Source: Chromera velia
Lineage: Eukaryota
Direction: 5' to 3'
NCBI GenBank assembly: GCA_018398765.1
Contig: JAHBMJ010000212.1
Span: 113,397 to 133,396, forward strand
Length of the DNA: 20,000 nucleotides
Shown here: positions 1 through 10,547 of the stretch, piece after piece
Numbering within the stretch: the stretch's first letter is position 1
Layout of the letters: every line of letters begins with the position of its first letter
Notes under the pieces: generated by a model
Database searches by the model: none
What the model saw: only the letters and a program-made list of their open reading frames with translations
What the model was told of the DNA's origin: nothing
Made by a program: the position numbers and the translations under genes

Positions 1-499
1 ATGTGCACACATGGAGCGAAAACAGAGATGTGTATAATCTGCACAATGAAAGAAAACATGGACAGCCCACCGAAGGGACAAAAAATTGAAAAAGGAGGGT
101 CTGCCCGTCCTTCCATTCCCGATGTATCTTCTTGGAAGGAAGGCTAACCCTCAAGAAAGGAGGGCTGCGTGAATTAGGACACGATTGGGTCCTTCGTTGG
201 TTGAGGTCCGATGAGGAGATGATCGATCGGTCGATTGTTGCAAGGGCATCATATTTGGTTCAATGCATGTGTATGTGTGCATGTGCGCGAGATTGCATAT
301 GCGTGTGTGTCGGACCGGTGGGAGGGGAGCAGGGTGTCTTTTTCTTGACTCCAGCTTGTTGGCTTGGTAATTGGGGGGGGCGGGGGGGGCTAATGCTTCT
401 TTCGGTTTGTTTTTCTCATTTTAAGTGAATATCTAGCTGTCTCTGTGCACCTAATGCAGCGGCAGAAATGGTCGAGGGCATGAATGGATTGGTGCCTGC

Positions 500-547
500 G
501 TGCGACCATCATGGATGCATGAAGTGCGACCATCATGGATGCATGAA
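500..547. repeat. Perfect 24-bp tandem duplication in a low-complexity ATGCAT/GATC-rich region
   Basis: GTGCGACCATCATGGATGCATGAA at 500-523 and again at 524-547. Confidence 0.9.
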
Positions 548-957
548 TGTGTGTGTTTGGTCATGCGTGGTCGTTCTTGGTCGTTTTGTTCTTTGCTGTT
601 TGATTTGTCGGTCGGTGTGGCATTGGGGCCTTCGTTTGATTCAGTGATTGATCGAGAGCGTGCGTAAGTGTGTGGCCCGTTTGTGGTGATCGAAGCATGC
701 AGACCTGCAATGCACAGGAGTCTGCACGGCCCGGTTTCAGTTCTGCATGTGCAGGATTGGTGCATGCATGCATCAGAATAGTGTCATTTTGTATCCGTGT
801 GCCTGCAATAGCTCTCCATCTAGCTCTGCACTAGCCATGGGCCATGTATGATGTCTGGTTTATTCGTGGAAGGTAATGCATGATCGATAAGATCGATCGA
901 TGTATAATCTTTGACAAACAATTAATAATGAATCATTGATGATGATGATGTGATGTC

Positions 958-1011
958 ATGATGATGATTGAGGGTTAAATCTTAGACCCAGTAACGCCAG
1001 ATCCTAAGCCA
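958..1011 (+). repeat. Dispersed repeat beginning (ATG)n-ATTGAGGGTT, with an inverted copy at 10491-10544
   Basis: 54-bp match to the reverse complement of 10491-10544 with 6 mismatches, all transitions. A shorter TGATGATTGAGGGTT copy lies at about 1426-1440. Confidence 0.85.
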
Positions 1012-1099
1012 TTATAATAGTTATAATAATGAATATCAAACACTAGAAAAAATGTGATAGCTATATTTAAAAGTTCAACTCGAATTTAACTTTATTTAA

Positions 1100-1364
1100 C
1101 TAGGTGTGATCTGTAAAGTTTTAAAGTGAAATAAAGTTTAAAGTCTGGTTTGAGTCTGGGGACTCTAAAAAATGATTTTGATTGATTTATTTTAAATTTT
1201 TTTTGACATACATTCATGAATGTTTCAAAAGGCTAAACAATCCTAAACAACGCATCAGTATGTTCAAGCTTTTTATTCTTAAAGTTTTAAAATCCAAGAA
1301 GTTTTAAAGCCTAAAGTCTGTGGTTAGGCTTTATTATAAAAATAACTTTACAGATCATACCTAG
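1100..1364. mobile_element. 265-bp MITE (non-autonomous TIR element) with 8-bp TSD, hAT-like
   Basis: 21-bp TIRs CTAGGTGTGATCTGTAAAGTT (1100-1120) and AACTTTACAGATCATACCTAG (1344-1364), 1 mismatch. Identical TTATTTAA flanks at 1092-1099 and 1365-1372. Internal AAGTTTTAAA subrepeats. Confidence 0.88.
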
Positions 1365-2299
1365 TTATTTAACTTATTTAAGTCTTCACATTAATTATAG
1401 CTTCCGACTACTTCCGACCAATAATTGATGATTGAGGGTTTTCTATTACTTAACAAGACTTTAGCGGTCTGACTAGCGGTCCTAGCTAGCGGTTTGACCC
1501 CAACAATTCCCGATCATGGACCCGATGACCGTATTGACCTCCATAGACTGGTATATGATATTATTATGTGTTGCGCCCCCTAGCTTCTACTTTATACTAG
1601 GCTCTATATAGCCTCTCCCTTTAGTCTTTTATTGTTAGGTTCTAGGTTAAGTTAAGCCTAGGGTTAAGCCATGGCGCTCTAGGGGCGCTCCGCGGCCCCC
1701 GCTACTACAGCTGCTCCGCGATTCCGCAACTCTCACTCTTCTCATGGTCATATGTTCTTATGCACCTTTGATTGCATTCGTGATGATAATATTATAATGA
1801 CTACTATTGACTAGGATAATTATGATGAAACTAGTGACTAGTCCTAGAAATGGTGATGAAACCAGTGATGAAAAGTCAGCAACAGATCTGTTTAAAAGCA
1901 AACAAAACTGCAGGCTTAGTGTAGGGTCTGTATTAAAGGTATGAAAAAATGAGAAAATGATCGATTCAACTTTTTTAAACTTCGGAACAATGTCCCACAA
2001 AAGCAATTCCAAGGCAGTTGCACATCTGTGCAATACTCTAGGCAATACTCAAGCAGCCTAGCATGCAGCTACACTTTTTTGATAAAGTAAAAGGACTAGA
2101 GACCTAAGGGAAAATGAATATGCACACTGCCCGCTAGAGGTAGGTCATCCTGTCAGAGCTCTTGATGGAAAGTCTATGTTCAAAGGGACAGGTCGCTAGA
2201 TCAACTCACGAATCAATTTGGCAAGATCTGATCTCAACACGGCCTGGCATACACTCCGAAAATGGCATGCACGCGAATGCGTGCGGGAAGTGCCGATCG

Positions 2300-2600
2300 C
2301 AAAATGGGTGGCCCGCGAAGCCCTAAAAAATGTATGGGCGGCCCGCGAACCCCTGGGCCCGAACCGAGTAAATTAAAAATGGGCGGCCCGCGATCGAAGC
2401 CCCCGCGCGAGCCGAGTAAATTTAAAAATGGGCGGCCCGCGCGAAGCCCCTGAGCCGAGTATATCGATAAAAAATGGGCGCGAACCGTGAGTAAAAAATT
2501 ACGACTTAAGAACCGCGAGTAAAAAATGAGCGGCCCGCGAAGCCCCCGATCGATCGAATTAACCGCTGCATGAGTAAAAAATGGGCGGCCCGCAAAGTCC
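2300..2600. repeat. Degenerate tandem array of about 7 units AAAAATGGGCGGCCCGCGAAGCCC, often preceded by CGAGTAA
   Basis: Units near 2301, 2334, 2376, 2424, 2470, 2521 and 2576, spaced about 33-55 bp. The overlapping ORFs here simply translate the repeat. Confidence 0.85.
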
Positions 2601-3101
2601 ATACTACCCATGCACGCATCGCCGCTCTCCTGCTCGCGAAATTCTCGTTCCAGGCATACGGAGGCTGGTCCGTTCAATCGCTCGTGATGCTACGCTGGCA
2701 CCTCCCCTGTTTTTCCCGCGATCCCCGGCTTGGGGGCCGTGCGTAGGAAAGCGTACATCGATCAGAGCACCCGTCCAGGGTCAGTATTGAACATCCGACC
2801 ATGCCGCGTGGTAGGCTTTGCTCCGCTTGAGCCTAATGGGAACAGAGACCTTTCGCTTTGCACCAATCGACCGAGCGACGTGCAGTGCTCTCGTAAGAGC
2901 CTTTCCCTTTCTCCAGCCACTTGTTGTTTGCGGCTCTTGGCTCCTGACTGTCTGGTCCTGATGCCCCAACGAAGCGTGTCCAATCGTCTCTGAATCAAGG
3001 TCAGTCAATCGCTTGTCGTGTCCAGACTGAATAGCCAGGCTGCCACCAGCTGTACACAGCTGAGTCATGCTACCGACGTCACGGCGACGTGAGCCACAAC
3101 G

Positions 3102-5579
3102 TCAGTCTCCACACTCGTCGAAAGCCACGTATAGTAGCTTGCGGATGATGTTCATGTGCTTTTCGCGTTCTTCTTTTGTTTTCCTTGGATGAAGCTTCAT
3201 GATCACACACATCCGTAGCTGGTGGTCGAGCTCCGCCTTTTCATTTTCCTGTTTTCTCCACTTTTCCCACGTTTTGGTGTTCTCAGGCTTATCGATATGG
3301 TCCCCGGGAGGGGAGTCGGGCGATATTTGGTCGTGCGAGTCCATGAACGTCCTGGTCCCTCCATTCCCTTCGATCACGCTTCTCTTCAGTAAGTTTGCAA
3401 ACTTGGTGGGATGAGAAACGGTATACAGGTTTTGAAGAAGCTGTTGGATCTCTGCATTCTTTTTGAGAAAAGGGAAGAGGTCGCGTAAACTGGTTGTGTG
3501 CACCAAGGCGTCCGAGTCGACTTTGAGCGGGTGCAGTAAGAAACTGAGTGTCTCCTCTATCCTTCCGCGCAATTCTTGGTAGAATTCTTCACCGATAACA
3601 GTTAGACGGTTGTCCTGGATCCACACTTTTGTCCCTCCAGCAGTACATCGTGTGATCTGCCAGAATTCCCAGGGATCAATGTGTGTGTCTCTGTTGTTGA
3701 TGGATTTCCACGTGTGGGATTGCATCGAGGTGGGAATGTACACAATGTTCGAGTGTCCGTGCGCATTAGAAAAAATACTTCCATTCAGGGTCAAGAGGTC
3801 TGTGAGCGGAAGAAGTGCTAAAGGCAGCCCGTTATCTTGGTCCAAAGCATCCAGTAAGTGGTCTACTTCGAAGTAAACTGGCTCGGCGGCAGTGTAGCTC
3901 GGCATTTTGCTCCGCAGCGCGTTTATGACTGCCTCTTTCTCTGTCAGGTCAAGTTTGGAGATAGAAGTATGCCAGTCTGGCTGCTCATCTTCAGATGCCC
4001 GATGCAGCAGACGATATACGCCTCCCATGTTGGTGAGGTAGGATAACTTCCGCTGCAGCAATGAGTCGCTTCCTTGCGACATGTACTCATACAGCATCTC
4101 TTCTTTGGTCTGCTGCAGCTGCTCGATGGGAGACGGCGTCACTGTGGCGTTGTCCGTGATAACCGGTAAGCCGAGCTCCTCTGTCCAGGTCCCGATTGGG
4201 CCTCTCGCACTCTTGCGGGGCCGCGTTGGAATGAATTCGATTTTTTTTTCGCGGTCGGCTGGCGGCACGGCCAAAACTGGGTCAGACTTCCAGCTGCTCT
4301 CCGCTTTTGTTTCAGTTTCTTCTTGGAATGCCGATAACACTGGGCTTCTTAGTGTCGTGTCTCCTGTTTGTTCGGTAAGGGAAGACTGTCCGAGATGAAG
4401 TACCGCCGTCGGATCATCTAGACCTCTGCTTGCAGTGTCGTTGCTAAGAAAGGGCAATTCATTCAGGCCCTCAACCACTTCGGCTGCTGCTGTTATGTCT
4501 TTTTCGCAAACCTCATGGCCTTCTCGACTCAGGATTGAAGCTCCTTCAGTCTGAAGGACAAGCGGGTTCGCTTCAAAAGAACCTTCTGCTTTTTCCATCG
4601 TATCGTGCTGATATCTTTCGGATCCCTTCTCTGTTTTTCCTTCAGGTAGCACTTCAGGCTGCTCCGTTGCCGCCAGCGCTAAGGAAGGCCCACATCTTGG
4701 AAGACTCGCGTTGTCGTCGGCCGGCATGTCGTGATCGTCTTCCCTGCTGGACGGCAACAGGTCTGGCATCGCTTCGTTCTCCTCTCTTTCTATGCTGAAA
4801 GAAATTCCTCGCAAAACGATGCCCTCCTCAGCGGCTTCGGACGACGTCTGCAGAAAGGCATTCGAGTCGTCGTCGGTGTCCGTCTGAATTTCTGCGTCTT
4901 TTGTGCATGGTTTTTCGGTTTGTGTTCCTGCCTCCATGGTAAGAGAGACAGTTGGTGGCAGAATAAGCTTTAGGAGGTCGTTGGTGTCCGTCCCTCTATC
5001 AGCTGTTGTGGGTCTCCTATCCCCACCTTGAGGCGACGTCGTCGTCTGGGAGCTTTCTGTCTTCTTCTCTCTATGAACTGCATTACTAAAGGTGACTACC
5101 GAAGTAGCCTCAGTGTCCTCCTCTGCTGGCACTGCAGGAGCACTGTACGGTGACCGTGACGGCGCTTTACGTGGAAGAGGCTCCAAGGGGCGTCTGTCGT
5201 TCCTGGAGAAAACGACCGTAACTGTCTCGCCCGTTGACTCGGGAGGACAAACCCTGGGCTCCAGAGGAGCTGGAGCTTGTTCAGTCCGCTGCTGTTCCTG
5301 CAGAAATTGCGAAAACATATCCTGCACTCGCTGCAGAACCTCGTCTTTGAGGTCAGTCATCTGCTTTTGCGTGTGGACCATGTTATTTTGGTTTTCAAGC
5401 AGCTGGATCAGTCTCTGGTTTTTCTCGCAAAGCTCTTTCTCGAGGTCTTCATGCCTCTGCGGACACGCTCGAAGGTGTTGGTTGAGATACCTGGAGTCTT
5501 TGCACTGTTTGCTACAGTGTTGGCATACGCTGGACTAGGCCAACGGAGTTGTTGCAATCGCCACTGCTGCTGCACTCAT
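3102..5579 (-). CDS. Intronless C2HC zinc-finger / coiled-coil / acidic linker / unknown C-terminal domain protein; possibly disabled by one TAG at codon 15
   Basis: The 759-aa ORF 5381-3102 stays open upstream to 5534, adding CQHC-SKQCKDSRYLNQ-HLRAC (Cx2Cx12Hx3C, 5525-5463) and a coiled-coil-like stretch. An in-frame ATG at 5579 (MSAAAVAIATTPLA) is separated from it by a single TAG at 5537-5535. The ORF ends at TGA 3104-3102. Confidence 0.8.
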
Positions 5580-5619
5580 CGTTTTGTTCCTTGTTTTGTT
5601 GCTCTGTCATGTCTTTAGA

Positions 5620-6963
5620 TCAGAAATGCACGTGCAAGGCCTCAGCTCGTCAGAAGACCCCTGCGAGAACTTTTCCAAACCCAACCAACCTGTCGTTCTG
5701 ACCCGCTCCCCCTGCCGCACAGATCTTCCGAAGACCCCTGCCAGACCCGCCCCCCCTGCCGCCGCCTGCCGCACGGCTTTCGAAGACCCACGGCAAAATT
5801 TGTTAACGTCTGCCCAGAACGTCCATGCAGAGTCATTGCAGACCGAGTACGTTTCTTGGTGCTTGCATTTTCCCGGTCGACCCCTTTCTCGGCGTTCTCC
5901 CTCTCGCAGATGGCGTGGCACAGATAGAAGACGGCGGCTACTGGAGGACGGGAGTGCAACGTTGTGAAGGCCCGACGTCCTCAGGGGCCAAGATGCATGG
6001 GCCGTTGGAGCACTTGGGAGCCCACAGCCTCCCGGTGCGGAGGTGCTTGCATACATGGGTTGGTACTCCTGCTTCTTCTGCAATGTGGGCCTGAAGGTGC
6101 TTTCGGCTGAGGAACCTCGCTTGGATGGCAGTCAGAACCGAGGGACATTGGTTGCGGCGCTACACACGCTGCTGCATGTGTGGACGGGAGAGACTTTGAT
6201 GCTGTCTCTATGCAGCATCTGGGCGCATGAAGGTCACTAGCTTCGAGCGGTGCACGAATAGGCCTCCGCTGGCTCTCTTCGTTCTTGACAGAATTGGGCG
6301 GCAAGAGTCGATCATCCGGGAATTTAGAGTATTTCGACGTCTGTCTGGAATGGTATGGGTCGTTTTGCTGGCTTCTGCGAGGCAATCAAGCTCACAGCAA
6401 TTTTTGCTCCTGTATGTGTCGGTCGTCTTGGTGCACCTGCGGGGAACACAGTCGGAGTCCACGGAGCGCATAAGAGCGCAGGTCTCCCGGCCGCCAACAG
6501 GAAGACGGTACGTCGGCTGGTCCTTCAGTTCGCTTTTGCAGCCTGGCCGAACAAACGGTCGAAAGAAGACGTGGAGTACATCCAACCTCTTTAGCTTTCG
6601 CATGTATGATAATAGAGAAGGAACAAAAATCTGGAAGGAGTTCTTCAGCTTGTTCAGTCTGGTTCTCTCGTGTCAGGTCCCGCTCTTGTGCGCTTTTTCT
6701 GCTCTTGGCTCGTTTGTGTCTTGCTCTTCTCCAGCGTCTGTATTCGCTCTTTCTGGCCCGTCATGGTGCTCATGCGTTTGACAATCACTTCGATTCCGCC
6801 CTTTTCTCCGGTACAGTAACTTGTGGAGGTCCCCTGCAAGATGCTTACAGCCAAACGCATTTCCGGTGTGCCAGGGGGTGCTCGAGAGGAGTTGAGCTTG
6901 CAGGTCATGCACAGGGTACGTCGCCCAATGGGAGACCTTTGCGTCTTCTGCACCCCCATTTCT
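5620..6963 (+). pseudogene. Inverted, diverged, intron-containing paralogous fragment of the multi-exon gene at 17.3-20 kb
   Basis: Collinear matches to the reverse complement of 17.3-18.4 kb: CAGGGGCCA..TGGGCCGTYGGAGCACTTGGGAG (about 5981-6020 vs 18341-18306), GTGTGGACGRGAGAGACTTYGAT (about 6178-6200), GGTGCACCTGCGGGG..ACAGTCGGAGTCCA (about 6430-6461 vs 17835-17806), and a GTACGT donor at about 6916. CCTGCCGCACAGA repeats at 5710-5780 match 19.7-20 kb. Confidence 0.75.
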
Positions 6964-7010
6964 GACACACGCCACGTGGCATGACTTACCGGAGCAGGCG
7001 CTTTTGTCCG

Positions 7011-8390
7011 TTAATCATCTTCTTCCATAAATTCATGAAGCTCTTCCCAAATGTTCTTCTGCATTTCAGGTAAAGGAGCGATGGCCGCCGGTAAGCTGGG
7101 CCGACGTTGTCGGACAGAGATCCACTGCGGAGAAGGCCGTGCGGCTGCAAGGCCTTTTCCCTGTCTAGCCAATGGAGACCGCCTTTGCAGTGTTCGTACA
7201 TGCCCTCCTGTGATCATTGGTGCCGTGACGTTAGGAGAGCGGTGGCTTGGATCATGCGCATTAGACCCTATTAGACGTTTTGGAGAGCGTGAGGCCGCTG
7301 CCATGCTTTCATCGGGACTGTTTGAAGCGACCAAAGATGTCAAGGCCGGATGTAGCTCAGCCAGCTCTACTTAGAGATGTGATGGAATTGACATCTGGAA
7401 GAATGTTGCGAGTTCAGAGCTAGGCGTCCAGTCAGCTAGCGACTCAGGTTCGTAGCTAGGTTTTTCTGGACGTCCTGGTCTCGATGGGATAGATTCTGCT
7501 TCTGCCCGAGGCTCTACCTTAACTGTCGACGAGCTTGGCCGTGAGCTTTCTTCTTCTTCCCATTGATCAAAGTCTAGGAGCCGCAGCTGTTCATCAAGCA
7601 GCTGAACATCTTTTCGGACCTTGTGGTGGTATTCGACGAGCAGTCGGTCGCCTGTCCCTTGAAAGTCAGCCGCAAGGATCCATTGAGGGTTTTCGTTACC
7701 TACTGGATAGTTCTTCCACAGGACTTTGTACCTATTACGCCTTTCGTCAAAATCTAGGATCTTTTCAACCTCCCACTCCAAGTCTGCTTCTAGGTCCGTT
7801 TCTGTGCTAGCTTCAAACTACTGTGAGTTGAGCTGAGGCTCTAGGTTGACCGATACTCCCTTGGCTCTTAAGTATTGGCGGAGCAGATCGGCCTCCCCCA
7901 AAACCGGTGCTTGGTAGTCAAAGCCGGCCATCCACCGAATTTCCTGAACGTTCATCATTTTAACCTGTTCGTTCGCCCGGTTCTGCTGTAGTTCACGGGT
8001 TGCTTGATTGGTTTCTTTTTTATGTGGCCGGAGACTCACAGAGGATGGGATTCTATGTTCCTCTTGGAACTATGATGACGATTCGGGTGGAAAGGCCACT
8101 TCTAGCCTGGAGTCTAAAATATAATGTGATAAGAAATGCATGTCAGACCACAACAAGTATGAGTCCAAACGATAAACTCCTTTTACGATATGGTCCCGAA
8201 AGGATCGGAACGTTGCCAATACATGCGCGCGGGGAACATTGATAATCCACTCTTGTCGGGATTCAAAAAGCCGGACCAGGCTTTTGAGCTTATAGTCGCT
8301 GAATAAATCGAGAAGCAGCCGTTCTAACTGGTCAAGCCGCGTTTGCGTGACCCCAGGTGGAAACAGTAGGATACAAATGATGTTGAAACT
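7011..8390 (-). pseudogene. Chromodomain-containing ORF remnant with a possible integrase-like segment upstream; 5' end cut by a TIR element
   Basis: One frame of 460 codons joins ORFs 7818-8039, 7371-7781 and 7011-7343 plus an unlisted open stretch 8390-8073. It is interrupted only by TAG 8072-8070, TAG 7820-7818 and TAA 7373-7371. Chromodomain motif EWEVEKILD..RYKVLWKNYP..NPQW at about 7778-7660. Confidence 0.8.
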
Positions 8391-8646
8391 ACACTGGGAC
8401 TTTAAGAGTTACCTGGATAGCGCAGTAACTTTAGGGTCCATGACGCCTTAAAGTTACCGTAAAGTTACCGTACTTAAGTAACTTTCACAGATGCCCTAAA
8501 GTTACTAAACTACAGCTAGTAGGAAAGCTATGCTATCATAATGAAACTATAGTGTTTACACAGTAGCACTGTAGCACCGTGTTTTTTAAACTAGAGTGAT
8601 ACTGTTTTAAAATGTTTTCTCTGCTTCAAACATGCACTAAAATATA

Positions 8647-10016
8647 TACTTAGACTTTAAGAGTTACCCGGATTATTATATAGTGCTAGGAAAAGGTTCA
8701 AGGTTCAAAGTTCAAGGTTCACTTCGAAGTAATGAACCTGAATCAGGTTCAAAAACAGGTTCACTTTTAATTAATAGAAACCTCATTTTTTCATGTTATT
8801 TTATGCCTTTAAATTAGGCTTTAATGCATTTTTAGAACGTTTTATTATAGAATCTATGCCTTAGTAGTGTTTTTTAATTGTTTAAATCAATATTTATGCT
8901 CACATTAGGTGCTAGTCTCAAGTTATTCACTGTTTATAGTCGAAAATTAGTAATCAGAAAAGCCTGAAAAAATTGGAAAATGCTATAATTAAATTTATAT
9001 GATCGTATCAATCATGACAATTTAGTCAACATAAGACTGTCACAGCGTTTCTTTCTTTCTTTCATCTGCTCACCGGTTGCCCCGCGGCCCCTGCTCCCCC
9101 CCTCCTTCTCGGTGCACCGCCGCCTCTTTGACCTGCTGCTCCCGGCCCGGCCTGTTGCCCCCCCCCCTTGCTCCCCCCCATGGCCCCCGGGCCGGATAGT
9201 GCAGTAACTTTAGAGTCCATGACCCCCTAAAGTTACCGTACTTCAGTAACTTTCACAGATGCCCTAAATTTACTAAACTACAGTAGAAAAGGCCCCCCAA
9301 AAGGCTATGCTATCATAATGAAACTAGTGTTTACACCGTTTTTTAAACTAGAGTGATACTGTTTTAAAATGTTTTCTCTGCTTCAGACATACGGCAAAAT
9401 GATTTAAAGCTGCTATCAGTTAATTCAAGATTTACTTGAAACATTTTCAACACTTTACTATAGGCTACTAATACCATCACTTCAGAGTCTTTTTTGAGGC
9501 TATCATCCGCTATCATCCATGATTCAGTGCCAGACTCATCGACGAATCAACGTGTTTAAACAGTGCTTCTTTGAAGCTTTGAATACAAATTCACTGGGTC
9601 TTGACTGCACCATCACTGCACAAAAATTCAGTCCAAAATTAAGACCCACAGTCACCAACTGTGACGTTTATCTGTCATAGACATGATCTCTATTTTGAAT
9701 CATTACATCAATAAGAGAGTGCCTTATAGTGTTTTGTACGCTGTTTTATGGTCACTATAAGCTTAAACTCGGTACACAGTTTCACCTGCAGAGAAAGAGA
9801 AGGGGAGACAGGAAGTATAACGGTTCTTAACCACGCAGGGAAGCGCAGTAACGGCCCTAAAAAGTCTTTGAACAAGGCCTAGAAAAGAGTAAAATTATGG
9901 TAACTTAACCTCTCTAACAGGTTAAAAAAAGCCATTGGCAACCGGTAAAAAGTTACGTAATTCTAGTAACGCGACTTTTTCGTAAAAGTCCTTTAGTAAC
10001 TCTTAAGGTCCAAGTG
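8647..10016. mobile_element. Full-length copy B of the same element, with 21-bp TIRs and TA TSD (Tc1/mariner-type TSD), nested in copy A
   Basis: Left TIR TACTTAGACTTTAAGAGTTAC (8647-8667). Right TIR GTAACTCTTAAGGTCCAAGTG (9996-10016). TA at 8645-8646 and 10017-10018. AT-rich with no ORF. Confidence 0.78.
8674..9191. mobile_element. Secondary insertion inside copy B, probably a transposon-end fragment with AGGTTCA subterminal repeats
   Basis: Absent from copy A and bounded by CCGGAT at 8668-8673 and 9192-9197. TAGTGCTAGG at 8681 is followed by about 6 (A)GGTTCA/TGAACC motifs at 8694-8763. C-rich end at 9065-9190. Confidence 0.55.
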
Positions 10017-10490
10017 TAGTAAAATGATTTAAAGCTGCTATCAGTTCAAAATTTAGTTAGAGATTTAGTTGAAACATTTTCAACACTTTACGAGGCTAGT
10101 AGCTACTAATACCGTCACTTTACGGAGGCCGCCCGGGAGGCGAAGACAGAGGTGATATAGAAGTTTTTGTTCGTCTGTCATGATCTCTGTTTTGAATCAC
10201 TACATCAATGATGATGAGGTGACTTAACCCCACAGATAGCATATGTGGTACTGGTCGAGTCTACGGTCTGGGTTTTTTAATGTGCTACCCATTTTTACCA
10301 GCGAAGGAGACGCTAGGAATGGGTTCTCTAAAGCATAGAGAATCGGGCGGTTAACGTTAATGAGACATCACCACCACCAGCAGGCATATTTTTTTCCCTT
10401 TATCTTACAGGGTGGGGTGCAGAGGCAATAGGCCATGCCGCGCGATTGCGCATGAATGTGTGTTCTGGGTTGTCCTCAAAGCCTTGTTAG

Positions 10491-10544
10491 TGGCTTAGGA
10501 TCTGGCATCGCTAGATCTAGGATTTAACCCTCAATCATCATCAT
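10491..10544 (-). repeat. Inverted copy of the 958-1011 repeat
   Basis: Reverse complement reads ATGATGATGATTGAGGGTTAAATCCTAGATCTAGCGATGCCAGATCCTAAGCCA. Confidence 0.85.
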
Positions 10545-10547
10545 CAT

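Larger units (their letters stand above)
8392..10210. mobile_element. Non-autonomous TA-flanked TIR element, outer truncated copy A
   Basis: Begins TA|CACTGGGACTTTAAGAGTTAC. 8412-8640 matches 9192-9400, 10021-10120 matches 9397-9482, and 10174-10208 matches 9671-9711. No right TIR of its own was found. Confidence 0.7.

Noticed and set aside
1..900. Short ORFs at 132-428, 451-765 and 561-773
   Set aside because: Low-complexity TG/ATGC-rich sequence with no protein motifs.
2300..2600. CRISPR-like array or protein-coding repeat ORFs
   Set aside because: Units are degenerate, spacers are short and related to each other, and the ORFs are just translations of the repeat.
3046..3092. Helitron 3' end (hairpins CAGCTGT-AC-ACAGCTG and TCACG-GCGA-CGTGA)
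   Set aside because: No correctly placed CTRR terminus and no Rep/helicase ORF.
6654..7010. Extension of the chromodomain frame past TAA 7011 into ORF 6654-6968
   Set aside because: It is the same frame, but this DNA is the antisense of the plus-strand paralog fragment, so the continuity is probably chance.
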